The notes under the pieces are model-generated. The model was not told the DNA's origin and searched no databases. It saw nothing but the letters and a program-made list of their open reading frames with translations. DNA of 64,000 nt from an uncultured delta proteobacterium. GTDB lineage: Bacteria > Desulfobacterota > Binatia > UBA9968. Position 1 is the first letter of the stretch; each line of letters opens with the position of its first letter. The stretch lies in the NCBI GenBank assembly GCA_963728565.1, contig CAVSLC010000015.1:1-64000 (forward strand), written 5' to 3'. The position numbers and the translations under genes are program-made. Shown here in pieces: positions 61,665 through 64,000 of this stretch.

Positions 61665-63092
61665 CTATGACAGGATCTGCTTGCCCCATTTCTCTCTGAC
61701 TTGCCGCGCCAAGTCTTGGGGCACGATCACCGAAGCGGGAAAATCTTTGAGCCATTCATAGGGCCGGCAGGCATCGATGACAGCGCGGGAATTGAAGCCC
61801 TTTTTGCCTCTTTGAATAATCGGGTCCAGGGGGCCGCTCAAACAGCGACGTAGAATTTCAATGTCTTCGGCGGGATCGCAGCGGGTCGTCATCGCCCACC
61901 ATACATCTTTCATGTCGGTGGGATCGATGTCTTCGTCGACGACAACGGTGAAGCGGCCCAAGTAGGCGGCGGCGTGACACTGCGAAGCGATCAATCCGGC
62001 CTGACGCGCGTGACCGGGGTAGCGCTGGCGAATGGCGACGACGGTAAGTAGTCGGGTATTGCCCTCGGGCGGACAGTAGACGCCGACGACGTCCGGCACA
62101 CCGGCGCGCTCCAGTTCTTCCCAAACCATCGCCGAACGCCAAAAGCTCTTGTAAAAAGTCGCTTCCGTCGGCGGGCGGCTCGGCGGCGCGCCGGCCATAA
62201 TCGGGTCATTGCGAAAATACACACGGCGGATTCGGATGACGGGTTCCTCGCGGACGTGACTCGCATAGTATCCGGTCCACTCGCCAAAAGGCCCTTCGGT
62301 CTTTACGTCTCCGGGCGAACACTCTCCCTCGATAACGACTTCCGCGCTGGCCGGCACCTGAAGTCCGGTTTGCGCTAATTTGACGACGTCGATCGGCTCG
62401 CCTTTCAAGCCACCGGCAAAGTCATACTCCGACAGGCCATACGGAACTTCGAAAGCGGAGGCCATAAAAAGAAGCGGGTCGTGTCCCAAGGAAAGCGCCA
62501 CCGGCATGGCACGTTTCTGAGCGAAATATTTTTCCATCTGAATGCGCGCGTGCCGTCCCGGCGAAATGTAAAGCCCCAACGACTTGCTGTCATGAACCAC
62601 GACTCGATAAGTGCCAATGTTGAGCCAACCCTCTTCCGGATCTCTGGTAATCGTCAGATGGCCGGTACCGATGTAGCGACCGCCGTCGCCGATGTTGTAG
62701 CGCGGCGTCGGAAAGCGCAGAACGTCCACATCTTTTTCTTCCCAGACATTCTCCATGAACGGTCCTTCTTTAACCTCGCGCGGCACAATCGGCTTCAGGT
62801 CCTTGATTTTCTTCCGCATGCTACGGACCAGATCCATGGTCGCCATGTCCGTCGGCATACCGCAGGTGAGCGCAACCCGTTTGATCGAGTTGAGCTGGCC
62901 GGCCACGATCCGCAACCCCTTGGCAAAGCCTTTGATGGAATCAAAAAGCAGGCATGGCGCCACCTGAGACTCCTTGCGCGCCATCTCGATGATCGCGCCG
63001 ATCTCCAAATCCCAATCCGCGCCTTCCACGGTTTTGAGCTCGCCCAACTGATTGACTTGATCCAGCCACTCCCGCAAATCTCGGTACGCCAT
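61665..63092 (-). CDS. UbiD family (prFMN-dependent) decarboxylase
   Basis: DGGRYIGT, NIGTYR, VVIEG, EGPFGEWTGY, VDEDID. Confidence 0.93.
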   Translation of the reverse strand: MAYRDLREWLDQVNQLGELKTVEGADWDLEIGAIIEMARKESQVAPCLLFDSIKGFAKGLRIVAGQLNSIKRVALTCGMPTDMATMDLVRSMRKKIKDLKPIVPREVKEGPFMENVWEEKDVDVLRFPTPRYNIGDGGRYIGTGHLTITRDPEEGWLNIGTYRVVVHDSKSLGLYISPGRHARIQMEKYFAQKRAMPVALSLGHDPLLFMASAFEVPYGLSEYDFAGGLKGEPIDVVKLAQTGLQVPASAEVVIEGECSPGDVKTEGPFGEWTGYYASHVREEPVIRIRRVYFRNDPIMAGAPPSRPPTEATFYKSFWRSAMVWEELERAGVPDVVGVYCPPEGNTRLLTVVAIRQRYPGHARQAGLIASQCHAAAYLGRFTVVVDEDIDPTDMKDVWWAMTTRCDPAEDIEILRRCLSGPLDPIIQRGKKGFNSRAVIDACRPYEWLKDFPASVIVPQDLARQVREKWGKQILS

Positions 63093-63101
63093 TACTGCCC
63101 C

Positions 63102-64000
63102 CTATCGGTACAACGTTTGAAACAATCCCTGCTGCTCGAGCTCCGCCACCAAACTATTATCGACGAAATCACTCGCCTTGACTCCCGTCGCCGTTTTTAC
63201 CTCGGAGCGCAACACTTCTTCGACGGCATCGAGCCTCACCCTTGGAATAGGCTCGAGGTACTTGACGCCGTAGATTCGATAAAGCTCGGCGAGGATCTCC
63301 GGGTCATCGACTTTTGTATATCTTGAAAGCACCTTCATCGTTCCTTCTTTATCCGTCCTGACCCGATGAATGCCCTCGGAATAGGCGCGCAACACGCGCA
63401 ACGCTGTGCTCCGATTCTTGTCGAGGAACTGTTGCGACGTTGCCAGGGGCGAATTGGGGTAAACGATGCCAATTTCGCCAAAATCGACCAGCTCCCTGAG
63501 GCCAAGCTTCGCGGCAGTCAAGTTGGTCGGCGGCGACACCACGCCGGCATCGACAATGCCAGCAGTGATTGCCCCGAGCAGTTGCGGCATGCCGCCCGTC
63601 TGGATGACCGCAACCTCGGAACCGCGGCGCATTCCCCATTGTTTGAGCGCGAGATCCAGAGCGAAATCCGTCGAGCCGCCGAGACGGGTCACGCCGATTT
63701 TTTTCCCCTTCAAATCCCTGGCCGTTTGATTTTCCGGGCGCGCCATAAGCGAGAACACCAGCGTATTGATGGTATTGCCAATCATCTTAAGGCTCGCTCC
63801 TCTGAGCGAAGCCTGGACAACGGAATTGGCGCCGAGGCGAACGAACTGCACATCGCCACCGATCAGCGCCTGAGTCACCACCGACCCGCCGCCGATATAG
63901 AGAAGCTGTACATCCAATCCCTGGCGGCGAAAGTAGCCGTAATCATGCGCCACCCACAACGGCGCCATCGCGCCGCTGATCGCGCTGTAAGCTAATCGAA
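63102..64000 (-). CDS. ABC substrate-binding protein, NMT1/SsuA family (5' end outside window)
   Basis: PLWVAHDYGYFRRQGLD, DLKGKKIGVTRLG. Confidence 0.87.
   Translation of the reverse strand, partial: RLAYSAISGAMAPLWVAHDYGYFRRQGLDVQLLYIGGGSVVTQALIGGDVQFVRLGANSVVQASLRGASLKMIGNTINTLVFSLMARPENQTARDLKGKKIGVTRLGGSTDFALDLALKQWGMRRGSEVAVIQTGGMPQLLGAITAGIVDAGVVSPPTNLTAAKLGLRELVDFGEIGIVYPNSPLATSQQFLDKNRSTALRVLRAYSEGIHRVRTDKEGTMKVLSRYTKVDDPEILAELYRIYGVKYLEPIPRVRLDAVEEVLRSEVKTATGVKASDFVDNSLVAELEQQGLFQTLYR

Overview
64-kb GC-rich bacterial window. The gene repertoire resembles Candidatus Binatia/Deltaproteobacteria-type genomes (inference only). It has three zones. (1) 1-15 kb: catabolic and accessory genes (TPP enzyme, amidohydrolase, RidA, DUF3500, RlpA, solute-binding proteins). 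(2) ~14.8-41.5 kb: an eroded, recombination-rich island. It holds about 11 remnants of REP-associated tyrosine (RAYT/Y1 HUH) transposases from at least three families, several still bounded by terminal inverted repeats ending in CTG(A/T)CCCC. Two different IS110-family elements are both inserted into that GGTCYGACCC motif, and their 3' non-coding ends contain matching guide-like segments. The island also carries defence-gene stubs (RM methylase end, darT-like start, hsdR start, inactivated toxin) and cargo genes, including a tandem GAPDH pair in which one copy lacks the catalytic Cys. (3) 41.6-64 kb: a large catabolic cluster with four ComD-like and three ComE-like split TPP enzyme genes, a heme-oxygenase-like diiron enzyme coupled to a lone Mo-hydroxylase large subunit, two UbiD decarboxylases, a bicupin and many solute-binding proteins with no permease. 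I found no rRNA, tRNA or CRISPR array. Several isolated frameshifts may be assembly indels. All assignments are from motif recognition by eye; no database search was run.
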